Positions 1 to 12,285 of a stretch of 64,000 bases of DNA are shown here, in pieces. Numbering within the stretch: the stretch's first letter is position 1; each line of letters starts with the position of its first letter. The notes under the pieces are model-generated. The model saw only the letters and a program-made list of their open reading frames with translations. It was not told where the DNA came from and did not search any database. The translations under genes were made by a program, and so were the position numbers. The DNA is from Octopus vulgaris (lineage: Eukaryota): positions 20,646,001 through 20,710,000 of the forward strand of contig OX597828.1 in the NCBI GenBank assembly GCA_951406725.2. Direction: 5' to 3'.

Positions 1-270
1 GGTAAACGGAAACTGAAAGAAGCTCGTCGCATATATGCATGCATATGTATGTATGTGTTTGTTGTTTGTGTCTGTGTTTGTCCCTCCACCATTGCTTGGC
101 AACCGATGTTGGTGTCTTTACGTCCTCGTGACTAAGTGGTTCGGCAAAAGTAGAAGATAGAATAAGTACTAGACTTACAAAGAATAAGTCCTGGGCTCAA
201 TTTATTCGACTAAAGGTGGTGCTCCAGCATGGCCGCAGTCAATGACTGAAACAAGTAAAAGACTAAAAGA
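1..270 (+). mobile_element. SINE family A (tRNA-derived, CORE-like), 3' part cut by window edge
   Basis: Matches the complete copy at 45379-45740: GACGGAAACTGAAAGAAG, internal TA/TG tract, CCGTAACTTAGCGGTTCGGC-like block, tail GGTGCTCCAGCATGGCCGCAGTCAATGACTGAAAC. Confidence 0.85.
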
Positions 271-345
271 ATACATAGAGAGAGAGAGAGTGAAATGGAT
301 GGAGGGATGCGTGGGTGTGTGGATATATGGGCGTATGGATTGACT

Positions 346-500
<155 letters not shown>

Positions 501-1084
501 GATAGGCAGACAGATAGATGAGCGCCTTCTGTTTAACACAAGTGACAAAAGATATCACTTATTAAAGAATATATTCATTTGTATGATGCGAGTAATTCAA
601 GCGGTTGCTTTTCATTATTCATCGATCGATGAAGACGAATTCCTTCAGTCGTCAGTAAGATATTTACATACGTGTGTGTGTGTATGAATGTATATATGTA
701 TCTGTATCTATAATTATTTATTAATATACATAGATATTTGATGGCTGTCTCTTGCAGTAAATGTTCAGAGAGCTTTCCACCCACGTTGGCATAAATACGC
801 GTATATATACATATATAAATACATACATACATGCATGCATACATACGTACACACACACACACACACTCACATACATATATACATGCACTCATATAAATAT
901 ACATATATATATATGTTTACATACATATATACGTATGTATATATTTGCGTGTGTATGTATATATATACATATATATGTGTATTTATGTATGTAAATGTAT
1001 ATGTTTATATATGTATATTATATATATATATACACTTATACATATATATTCACATACATACATGTATATTTATACTAGAAGGCA

Positions 1085-1620
1085 TAGTGCCGCAGGCTTT
1101 CTTTCGTAGGTTTTTCCATGCTCAGTCAGATGCACGTTTGTTAATGTTGTTTTCGAACAGTTGCCAGTTAAAAACAGTAGGAAGAACACGGACAAAGAAG
1201 GACTTCCAGAGGGACGACGCTTTGAAGAGGAACGAGTAGTTATAATGGCCAGTGAAGGGCTTGTGGAGAAGACGATATAAATGAGAAGTGGAGAAAAAGT
1301 GAATGACTCGGAAATTCATGTTGTGGGTGATATGAGACCAACTTGCTGCGAAGAAACATTTATATGAAATATTCGTGGAAGGGACAGAAAGATTAGCGGG
1401 AAGATCTGTGGAGCAAAGGTTGGTAAACGACAACATGTCTATAGGTAACATGACCCTTCTTTTGATAGATTGTTTTTGTGAAACAGCAGCAGAAGTTGTA
1501 CTAGACGAGGTCGAGACAAAACTCTACATGTAGTCTCGTTTATCGCTGATTCAGTCATCCTTGATCCTGCATAACACGGTACGTACAATTGTGAAGCATG
1601 TTAAGCTTATCATGAAATGA
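1085..1620 (-). mobile_element. Degenerate LINE ORF2 C-terminal remnant (CR1/L2/Jockey-like)
   Basis: Minus-strand translation SSLWKSFFVRVLPTVFNWQLFENNINK resembles the SFFxR..WNxLP..FKxxIN C-terminus of APE-type LINEs; broken by frameshifts. Confidence 0.5.
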
Positions 1621-1984
1621 TTTGTGATAACAGGGGTTGATAATTGCTTGTACCACAAAAACGTGTGTCAGCTTTTTAATAGAAATTCATATAAAGTTAG
1701 TTTTGTTGTAAAGACCAATGTAACAAAATTACTGGCAAATATTCCCTTAACTGCATTTGACTTTCAAACTCTTAATTCCCTTGTACTAACGTTTAGCTTG
1801 ACGATAGAACTCCTCTTAAATCTTACATTAACCTTCCAGAAAATTCTTTAAAAACAAGACATCAATTATCCAGAAGATACGCTATAACAGCGATTAATTT
1901 CATTTGGCCTTTGAAGGAATCAGTGTCTGAGTTTTGTAATTATTATAATCATGATAATTTTTTTTTTTACCTTTGAGAGTGAAG

Positions 1985-2491
1985 GGGCCAGTCGATTACA
2001 TCTACCTCAGTACGCAAATGGTATTTAATTTATCGACCCCGAAAGAATGAAAGGCAAAGCCGACCACGGCAGAATTTGAACTCGGAACATAGAGACGAAA
2101 TACCTATTTCTTTACTACCCACAATGGGCTAAACACAGAGGGAACAAACAAGGACAGACAGACGGATTTAGTCGATTATATCGACCCCAGTGTGTAACTG
2201 GTACTTATTTAATCGACCCCGAAAGGATGAAAGACAAAGTCGACCTCGGCGGAATTTCAACTCACAACGTAGCGACAGACGAAATACCTATTTCTTTATT
2301 ACCCACAAGGGGCTAAACACAGAGGGGACAAACAAGAACAGACATAGGTATTAAGTCGATTACATCGACTCCAGTGCGTAACTGGTACTTAATTTATCGA
2401 CCTCGGCGGAATTTGAACTCACAACGTAACGCAGACGAAATACCGCTAAGCATTTCGCCCGGCGTGCTAACGTTTCTTCCAGCTCGCCGCC
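1985..2491 (-). mobile_element. SINE family B, tandem trimer (one head plus 184-bp units)
   Basis: Head GGCGGCGAGCTGG starts at 2491 on the minus strand. The junction GACGAAATACC|TATTTCTTT recurs at ~2101 and ~2285, 184 bp apart. Confidence 0.9.
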
Positions 2492-2941
2492 TTACAATCA
2501 TGATAATTATAATTAAAAACTGTGCTTCCAGATGTATTTAAATAAAGAAAACTACAAACTTATTTCGGTTTAAATAAGTGTTTAGAGATGCCCGGATTTT
2601 CATAGACATTATGAGGCCTTTTCCTACAGAAAATTCGTCAAATGTAATGAATATAGCGGCGAAGCCATTTCGTGATTGCGACTTTATTGTCACAGATTAG
2701 AGCTCTTTAATATGTTTCGAGTTATGTTACACATTATTTTGTAAATATGTATGTAATCTACTTTTCACAATATATAAAACATTTTTTCATTCATATTAAA
2801 TTACTTTCGAACAAGCTATTTTTACAGGATTATTTGTTAATATGCTGAATCTAAACAGATTGGGTTTTGAAAGGGGTTTTGCGAGGCAGGGTAGGGGGGG
2901 ATTTTTTCGTTCTCGTTTTTCTTTCATTTTGAAACCACAGC

Positions 2942-2957
2942 AAATAATAATAATAAC

Positions 2958-3006
<49 letters not shown>

Positions 3007-3078
3007 GTAACAACAACAACAACAACAACAATAGCAATAATAATAACAATAACAATAATAATAATAATTATTATAATT
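2942..3078. repeat. (TAA)n/(CAA)n microsatellite
   Basis: Direct inspection. Confidence 0.95.
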
Positions 3079-3146
3079 ACCCAAGGCACGCAGAGCTGCG
3101 CTCAGTAGTGCAGTGAAAGCACGTGATGAAAATAAGGCTACTAATA
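3079..3146 (+). mobile_element. 3' tip of R4/Dong-type retrotransposon in (TAA)n
   Basis: ACCCAAGGCACGCAGAGCTGCGCTCAGTAGTGCAGTGAAAGCACG...CTACT matches the 3' UTR of the 50628-54214 element; TAA repeats on both sides. Confidence 0.85.
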
Positions 3147-3237
3147 ATAATTTAGCTTTCTTGTTATTCAAGACTTGCTCAACGCTCTTTCAATATTAAG
3201 TTATATTTTTCCATTTATAATCAAGCAAAGACTGACA

Positions 3238-3274
<37 letters not shown>

Positions 3275-3278
<4 letters not shown>

Positions 3279-3509
3279 AATATTAGGGAATAAATCCAAA
3301 TTTACAGGGAAAAAATCAGATTTAGGATTAAATCCAATTTTATAGTAAAATATTATATAATATTATTAGAGACAAAACCACTATTTTGCAAAACAAACAA
3401 GGAAAGACTTAAAACAATTGTAGTGGCGGTTTTTTTGACTTTTTATTAAAATTTTATGTATTGATTAAGTCTTTCCTTGTTTGTTTTGCAAAATAGTGGT
3501 TTTGTCTCT

Positions 3510-3516
<7 letters not shown>
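3275..3516. repeat. Inverted-repeat insertion in (TA)n (52-bp arms, 52-bp spacer)
   Basis: 3361-3412 is the reverse complement of 3465-3516; TA tracts on both sides. Confidence 0.9.
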
Positions 3517-3595
<79 letters not shown>

Positions 3596-3837
3596 ATATA
3601 TATATACATATCTATACATATTTATATATATATATATATTGTGTCTATTTGTGTGTGTGTGTGTGTGTGTGTGTTCGTGAGTGTATCGATATATTCTACC
3701 AATCTCTGTCTCTCCTTTTTTATTCTTAATTCCTATCCGTCTATTTCTTTCGATATTTCTATTTACCTTTCTCCTTATCTGTTCATTTGTCTACCTGTAT
3801 ATCTGTCTGTGCATGCCTACCTATCTTTGTACCTATC

Positions 3838-3889
<52 letters not shown>

Positions 3890-4569
3890 ACATATATATG
3901 TATGTATGTATACACATATACATATATACTTATATATATACGTACATATATATGTATATACACACATACGTATATACTTATATATATATATATATATTAC
4001 TTAAAATTATTATATTAGATCATATATCAGATTAAATTTTACGTATATTTTGTACTTTTTTGTAACCCTTTCTTTTATCAATTAGATTTCCAATTTTCAC
4101 CTAAAAGTTGGGTTTCGCTGTTTAATAGTTTATAGATTATGACAGCAAGCGATCGGTAAAATATAATTTCTCTTACTGAGAATTAATCAACTTAAATAAT
4201 CTCCTGCATGATTGATTGCATAGGAAATATGAATATCGATCTATTGAACAGTTCAGCATAGCAATATTCTGTGTATATACTCTAAGCTTATCACCACCAC
4301 CACTAACTAACACCAGTATCACTTTTACTACAACTTGTATTAATAATATTAGTAAGTTCATTATTATTATTATCACTAATACTACAACTACGGCCATCAA
4401 TATTCTGCCATCGTTACTAAGACCAGGATTACCAAATTCTCCCAAAGAATTGGCTTTACTGGCATATATTTGGGTGAGTATGGGAAAGTACATATATGTG
4501 TGTGTGTGTTTTGTGTGTGCGTGTGCATAGGTGCGTAAGTATGCATGCATGTGTGTATGTATGTCTTAC

Positions 4570-5130
4570 ATACCTTATTCTGGCCTCTTCAAATGTTTTC
4601 ATTCCACTCCATACTTTTGTTCGCCATCCAACTCGATCCGAAGCAAGGGTTCTAGGTCTTCTGAATCCATTCCAAGTGACTTCATAGTAGTCCTTATGCC
4701 GTCCTTAAACCTTTTTTTAGGTTTACGCCGAAAGCGGTTCCCCTCTGCAAGCTCACCATGAAACAGCTGTTTTGGCATGCGTTCATGTGTCGTTCGAACA
4801 ATATGTCTTTTGCTGGGCTCAAATCTCATCTGCGAACCCATGTAAAACGAACCTCCAGCAAGTAATTCTGCCTATGTGTCTGTACACCACCTTTAAATGT
4901 AGTGTCTGCCAGAAGGTTTGCAAATCTAACGGAGACGTTAAAATACATTTTAAGATATAGAAAAATCAGAACTTATCTGCAGTTCTTGGTGGCCCAAATA
5001 GGATGTGCAATCTATGTGGGTGTCTTTTAGGAGCATTGTCTGGTTTTAAAAACCACATCAGATGCCATGATGGTGCTAAGGTGTAGGTACCGGAGGTTGT
5101 CAGACTCTGCATAAGAATTAGACAACCACC
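4570..5130. mobile_element. RTE-clade LINE 3' fragment with internal inversion and (TATG)n tail
   Basis: Minus 4570-4840 encodes HERMPKQLFHGELAEGNR..KPKKRFKD (RTE C-terminal region). Plus 4840-5070 encodes C2H2-like CSVCQKVCKSNGDVKIHFKI and CNLCG...NHIRCH. (TATG)n follows 5131. Confidence 0.75.
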
Positions 5131-5811
5131 ATGTATCTATGTATGTGTGAGTATTGTGTATGTACGTATGTATGTATGTATGTATGTATGTATGTATGTA
5201 TGTATGTATGTATGTATGTATGTATGTATGTATGTATGTATGTATATATGTATGTATGTATGTTTCTTCTATTTTTTAATCATGTAAATTCTTCTGAAGA
5301 AGAAGGTGCTGGTTTCTGACAAAAATACAAAACTCCATCGTTGGAATGTACAGAATAAAATCAATGTCACATTTTAAACTTGAGAAAAGTCTTGCACATT
5401 TTTACTGTTTCACTTACAGATTGTAGTTTCAGTGTGCGAATCAGCTGGCTGATTAATTTTTCTGAAACCTCTAAGCTTACCCGGATTGTTGCTTAAGCAT
5501 TTAATCACAGCTAAGTGCACCAATTATTTTGTGGTAAATATGTTGATTTATTATCTGGATGCGGAAGCTGAAGGTTTCGAACATTCGTCCACAGTTATCT
5601 TCTATCTCTTTAATTGTCAGAGATATTCATGTCAGCAGGATATGCATGCATGTATGTATGCATGCATGTATGTATGTATGCATGCATGTACGTATGTACG
5701 TATGTACGTATGTACGTATGTATGTATGTATGTATGTATGTATGTATGTATGTATGTATGTATGTATGTATGTATGTACGTATGTATGCGTGTGTATGAA
5801 TCTATGTATGT

Positions 5812-5915
5812 CATTATTCAGTATATTTCAAAATTTCTTGCTAATAGAGAAAGTACCGGTTTCTAACCTAGATCCAAAACTCTTTCGTTAGAATTTCAAC
5901 ATCAACAAGAGGGTA
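5812..5915 (-). mobile_element. 3' UTR tip of the RLE-type element at 6040-6463
   Basis: Near-copy of 6042-6147 (AATAGAGAAAG..CCGGTTT.TAACCTAGATCCAA...GAATTTCAACATCAACAA), embedded in (TATG)n. Confidence 0.8.
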
Positions 5916-6039
5916 TGTATGTAAGTATGTATATATGAATGAATTAATTTATGTATGTATGTATGTATGAATTTATGCATGTATGTATGTATGTATGTAT
6001 GAATTTATGCATGTATGTATGAATTGATGCATGTATGTA

Positions 6040-6463
6040 TGTTATTATTCAGTTTATTTCAAGAATTCTTGCCAATAGAGAAAGAACCGGTTTATAACCT
6101 AGATCCAAGGTTTCCTTCATTGGAATTTCAACATCAACAACAAGGTATTTTTGTTTGTATGTATGTATGTATGTATGTATGTATGTATGTGCAAATTTGT
6201 ATGTTTTATGTATGTATTCTCATGCATATAGGCGTATATCCTGATATGCTGATATATATTTAAATGATAAACTTCTGGAAAGTTTTACAGATTTTTACAG
6301 TTCCAGTGATGGATTGGACCTGTCGACTTCGAATTAGCTTTCTCCTTTCTAGTTTTGAGAAGCCTAATTTCTCAAGATTGGCATTTAGGCAGTGTGTTAC
6401 ATATCCCAGGGCTCCAGTAATTACAGGTATAAACCTGAAGAAAGAGGGAGTCATTGAAGCCAT
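6040..6463 (-). mobile_element. 3' fragment of RLE-type (restriction-like endonuclease) non-LTR retrotransposon
   Basis: FRFIPVITGALGYV...IQ/VQSITGTVKICKTF resembles the end of the RLE domain (compare TIPIIVGALG in the 50.7 kb element); 3' UTR runs into (CATA)n. Confidence 0.7.
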
Positions 6464-7122
6464 ACGCTATTTCATTAGGTATGTAAGTATTTCAAATCGG
6501 TAAGACAGTACCAAATCCGGATGGCGGACCACGAAATGACCAAGAGTTGCTTTGCTCATCTACGCGCTATGGTTTATGACAATTGTCACATGACAGTCCG
6601 TTAGAATAGGTACCAAGCTTTAAAAAAAAGCAATAAGTCATGGGGTTGATTTGTTCAACGAAAAACCCTTCAAGGCGGTGCCCCAGCTTGGCCGCAGTCA
6701 AATGGATGAAACAAGTAAAAGATAAAACCTAAAAGACCTCTTCCAAAATCAATGAGAATATTTAAAATATTTATAGGCAATTGCTACAAAACCTGATTCC
6801 TCTTCTTTGATTACAAATTCACGTTTAAAAGAATAATCATTGATGCACTTGGTTATCTTAGTAAATATAAGCGGTAATCTGGAAAAGAAAAGCTCGAATT
6901 TTCAAGCAAAGAAACGGACTAACGAACACGAATTTAACAGACACAATCTATAGGTGGATCTGCGAAAATATCTAAGAGAATACGTAGTAGATCAATATGT
7001 AACGTTTATCGTTGTTACTGTCAGAATTCTAGCGATGCAGCTTTGTTCCTTTGTTGGAAAACAATCTTTTCTCCTATGAAGAATTCTAATAAATAAAGAA
7101 ACACACACATATACATACATAC

Positions 7123-7172
<50 letters not shown>

Positions 7173-7528
7173 CACAAACATACATATACATATATGCATG
7201 TATATATATGTACGTATGTACATGTTTAAATATATAAATATACATGTGTGTGTGTGTGTGTGTGCGCGTGTGTGTGCGCGCGTGTGTGTGCGCGCGTGTG
7301 TGTGCGCGCGTGTGTGTGCGCGCGTGTGTGTGCGCGCGTGTGTGTGCGCGCGCGTGTGTGTGCGTGTGTGTGTGTGCGTGTGTGTGTGTGCATGTGTGTA
7401 TGCGTGTGTGTAGATGGGTAGGTTTTGTGGGTGTATTTATATAGATAAATATATTTATGTATTTACACACAGAAATACATGTGTATATATTTGTGTGCAA
7501 ATATATGTGCGCATTAATATGTGTATAA

Positions 7529-7566
<38 letters not shown>

Positions 7567-7692
7567 GCAATATATGTACTCATATATATGTGAGTTCACA
7601 TATATTTGTGTATCCGTGCGTTAGAAAGTGTGTATGTGTGTGTGTATTAATACAATTATTTTAAAACGTAAAAAAAATAATTAAAACAAATT

Positions 7693-8090
7693 GGTGCAGG
7701 AGTGGGGGTGTGGTAAGAAGTTTGATTACAAACCACATGGTTCTGGGTTCAGTGTCACTGCGTAGCACCTTGGGCAAGTGTCTTTTACTAAAGCCTCGGA
7801 CCGACCAAAGTCTTGTGAGTGGATTTGGTCGACGGAAACTGAAAGAATCTCGTCGTATATGTATGTGTGTATGTGTAAATGTATGTATGCGTTTCTGTTT
7901 GTCCCCCTAATTGATGTTGATGTTGGTGTGTTCACGTCCTCGTAACTTAGCGGTTCGGCAAACGAAACCGATTGAATAAGTACTAGACTTGCAAAGAGTA
8001 AGTCCTGAGGTTGGCTTGTTCGACTAAAAGGCGGTGCTCCAGCAAGGCCGCAGTCAAAAGGCTTAAGCATGTAAAAAGAGAAAAAGAGTA
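7693..8090 (+). mobile_element. SINE family A, full length
   Basis: A-box-like GTGTGGTAAG, B-box-like GGTTCAGTG, CORE-like ACCTTGGGCAAGTG, body and GGCGGTGCTCCAGCA tail. Confidence 0.88.
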
Positions 8091-8297
8091 AATTAACCGA
8101 AGACCGAATTCATCATAAGTTGTAGCCTCAGCTATTTATTGGCTGTGACTTCGAAGTTTGGCTAAAACTTAACTTTTCAAACTAACAATTTGAAAAGACA
8201 TTTTCAGACAAAACTCTTAAGTCGCAGTCAAACGTATAATAAATTTATAATGCATGCATATAATCGCTTTTGTACGTTCCTTCAGACAACAAAGATA

Positions 8298-8440
8298 TAA
8301 CTATATGTGTGCGCGCGCGCGCGTGTGTGTGTGTGCGGCTGTATGTGTCGGGGCATGTTTGTTTCTGTGTATGTTATACAAGTATGTAGATATGTCTGAT
8401 GTGTGTATGATTTATGCATACATATATATGGATGTATGTA

Positions 8441-8471
<31 letters not shown>

Positions 8472-8492
8472 TACATATACACATAAACACAA

Positions 8493-8527
<35 letters not shown>

Positions 8528-8760
8528 CCCATGTATATGTATACACACATATAGATAGATAAATTATGTATATATGTGTGTATGTGAGTGTTTTTGTATG
8601 CGTGGGTATGCATGTGTGTGTATGTATGTATGATATATATATATATATGTATATATATATACATTTATATAAATATATATATATACATATATATTTATAT
8701 ATATGTACATATATATATATATTATATATATATACATACATATATATATACATATATACA

Positions 8761-8812
<52 letters not shown>

Positions 8813-10118
8813 TATACATATATATATATATACCAGGAAAAGTCATTCATCTTAGCAGGAATGAAACTGAGTTATGAAGCTATGAAGTTTATTTCCTGCA
8901 ACTCACACAAACACACGCACACACTAACTGACAAGCACCACCACCATCACCTCCAATACTATCACCACTATTATGAGCCATTATTTATGAGCTAATTTCT
9001 CTCCCCACTTTCATACGATGTTGTGACGAAATGTTAGAACAAACACCAGTCATAAAATGTTATAGAATTCTTAAATGATACAAAAAAGTTTCTTTTGATT
9101 TTGGCGTGAAAGAGTGGGAGGGACATTGGTGGACTTATGCTTTATTCTATTGCTTATTTTCTTTATTATTTATGATGTTCCAGGAATGTTTTTTTTTCTT
9201 ATATATATCCAAATATTGAGAAAAATATCTGAAGCAAATATTTATGAAAATAGAATGATGGCGGAATTGCAGTGACAGCAGAGAGAGGAAATGAGATTAA
9301 GTGACTGAGTGAGTGACTGAGTGAGTGAAGAAGTGCGTGAGTGAGAGTGAAGGAGTGACGGAGTGAGAATGAAGGAGTGACTGAGAGAGAGTGAAGGAGT
9401 GAGGGTGATCGAGTGAGGAAGTAATTCCTCCCCCTCCTCGGAACTTTCTAGGAAGGGGAGGAAGGGGAGGAATTATTTCCAGGAAAGTTCCGAGGAGGGG
9501 AGGAATTATTTCCTAGAAAGTTCCGAGGATGGGACGAATTACGTCCTTGAAAGTTCCGAGGAGGAGGAAAGGGAGGAATTATTTCCGGGAAAGTTCCGAT
9601 GTGGGACAGGAAATACTTCCTGGAAAGTTCCGAGGAGGGGAGGGATTACTTCTTGGAAAGTTACGAGGGAAGGGAGGAATTACTTCCTGGAAAGATCCGA
9701 GGAGGGGGAAGAATTTCTTCCTGGAAAGTTCCGATGAGGATGAGGAAGGGGAGGATTGCTTCCTGGGAAGTTCCGAAGAGGATGAAGAATTACTTCCTGG
9801 AAAGTTCCGAGTCTAATTCCACCAATGTCTCCACCCTTTCACGCCAATATCAAAAGAAACTTTTTTGTATCATTTAAGAATTCTATAACATTTTATGACT
9901 GGTGTTTGTTCTAACATTTCGTCACAACATCGTATGAAATTGGGAAAAGAAATTAGCTCATAAATAATGAGTGGTGTTGGTGGTGATAGTGTTGGTGGTG
10001 ATGGTGGTGGTACTTGTCAGTTAGTGTGTGTGCGTGTGTTCGTGTGTGAGTTGCAAGAAATAAACTTCATAGCTTCATAACTCAACTTCATTCCAGCTAA
10101 GATGAATGACTTTTCCTG

Positions 10119-10150
<32 letters not shown>

Positions 10151-10260
10151 CATACATACATACACACACACGCATACACACTTACGCATACACAAACATT
10201 CGTATACACACAGATATACATGCTAATCTATCTATCTATATGTGTGCGTAAATACATGGG

Positions 10261-10304
<44 letters not shown>

Positions 10305-10361
10305 ATATGTATATGTAATATATATATATATGTATATATGTATATGTATATATATACATAC

Positions 10362-10426
<65 letters not shown>

Positions 10427-10545
10427 CATAAATCATACATACATCAAGCATATCTACATATTTGTATCACACACAGAGACACACATACACTGACACATAC
10501 AGCCGAACACACACACACGCACGCGTGCGCGCACACATATAGTTA
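8298..10545. repeat. Large foldback: inverted arms 8298-9133 and 9818-10545
   Basis: Unique AT-rich sequence 8832-9133 is the reverse complement of 9818-10119 with scattered differences; similarity continues through the microsatellite-rich flanks to TAACTATATGTGTGCGCGC / GCGCGCACACATATAGTTA. Confidence 0.9.
9416..9810 (+). repeat. ~33-bp purine-rich minisatellite, about 10 units plus one inverted unit
   Basis: Unit approximately GGGGAGGAATTACTTCCTGGAAAGTTCCGAGGA; 9417-9455 is an inverted copy. Confidence 0.9.
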
Positions 10546-11045
10546 ATGAGTGAGTGCGTGAGTGAGTGAGTGAGTGAGTGAGTGAGTGAGAGAGAAGGAG
10601 TGACTGAGTGAGAGTGAAGGAGTGACTGAGTGAGAGGGAAGGAATGAGAGTGAAGGAGTGAGAGTGAAGAAGTGAGGGTGATGGAGTGAGTGTGTAAGAG
10701 TGAAGAAGTGAGAGTGAAGGAGTGAGAGTAAAGGAGTGAGTGTGTAAGGGTGTGAGAGTGAATGAGTGAGAGTAAAGAAGTGAGAGTGATGGAGTGAGTG
10801 AGTGAGAGTGAAGGAGTGAGGGTGATGAAGTGAATGTGTAAGAGTGAAGGAATGAGTGATAGAGTGATTGAATAAGTGGGTGAGAGTGGTGGAGTGAGAT
10901 TAAAGGAGTGAGTGTGTAAAAGTGGGTGAGTGAATGAATGAGTGAGGGTGATTGAGTGAAAGTGAAGGAGTGAGTGTGTAAAAGTGGGTGAGTGAGGGAA
11001 TGAGTGAGTGAGTGAGTGAGCGAGAGTGAAGGAGTGAGAGTGGTG
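10546..11045. repeat. Degenerate (GAGT)n / GAGTGAAG low-complexity array
   Basis: Direct inspection; a similar tract lies at 9300-9415. Confidence 0.9.
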
Positions 11046-11292
11046 GAGAGTATATAACATTCTGGAACTAAATATTAAGCGGGACAAAGGGCTTCTATGA
11101 AGACGATGAGAATTGAAACCGCGAATCCTTTGCTTGCCTGGAAAACGTGCTACCATTTTGCTACTATATTATCGATCACATACTGGTGATTACAAAATAT
11201 TCCCAAATCAAATATTTATCGTCTACAACTATCTAATATCGTTCATATTACAGTTTTCGTATTTAGTTCAAAATTTTATACGTACATACAAG

Positions 11293-11414
<122 letters not shown>

Positions 11415-11783
11415 CAATATCATTCAACATGCAAATTTAATATTTTTAATATTAGTCATTTGATACCGTTTATATTAAAATTCTACAATGTTATTGTATT
11501 TGTGGATGTGTGTGCGTGTGTGCATGTGTGCATGTGTGCACGTGTCTGTGTATCTGTGTGTCCATGTGTGTGGGTGTATGCATGTGTGATTGCGTGTGCG
11601 CGCGCGTGTGTGTGTGTGTGCCTTTTAAGTTAGTGATTTATTTTGCTTCTACCCGGAGTTTCTCACTCTGTAAGCTCCTTCATGAAGCAAAAACCAAAAT
11701 GAGGGAGAGGAAGGGATGACTGCCGTTAAAGGATTCAAGAACGCAAAACACAGAACAAGCCAAATTGTTCTCTTTTTCAAAAT

Positions 11784-11784
<1 letters not shown>

Positions 11785-11818
<34 letters not shown>

Positions 11819-11879
11819 TTTTAAAAATTGGTAGCAGTAGTAGTAGCAACAGCAGCACCAGCAGTAGCAGCTGCAGCAA

Positions 11880-11958
<79 letters not shown>

Positions 11959-12069
11959 GGTGGTGGTGGTGGTGGTGGTGGTGGTGGTGGTGGTGGTGGT
12001 AGTGGTGGTGGTGGTGGTGGTGGTGGTGGTGGTAGTAGTAGTAATAGCAGAAGCAACAGCAACAGCCGC

Positions 12070-12103
<34 letters not shown>

Positions 12104-12145
12104 ACACCAGCAGTAGTAGTAGTGGTAGTAGTAGTAGTAGTAGTC

Positions 12146-12191
<46 letters not shown>

Positions 12192-12285
12192 CGGCAGCAG
12201 CAGCGTTGGAGGCAGCGGGAGCGGCGGAGGCGGCGGTGGCGGCGGTGGTGGTGGTTGTGGTTGTGGTGGTGGTGGTGGTGGTGGT
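11785..12285. repeat. Compound trinucleotide microsatellite (AGT/GGT/AGC/GGC)n
   Basis: Direct inspection; source of the poly-S/G/V/L/P ORFs. Confidence 0.95.

Noticed and set aside
9416-9810. Regularly spaced ~33-bp repeats as a CRISPR array
   Set aside because: No unique spacers, no cas genes, eukaryotic context; it is a minisatellite.
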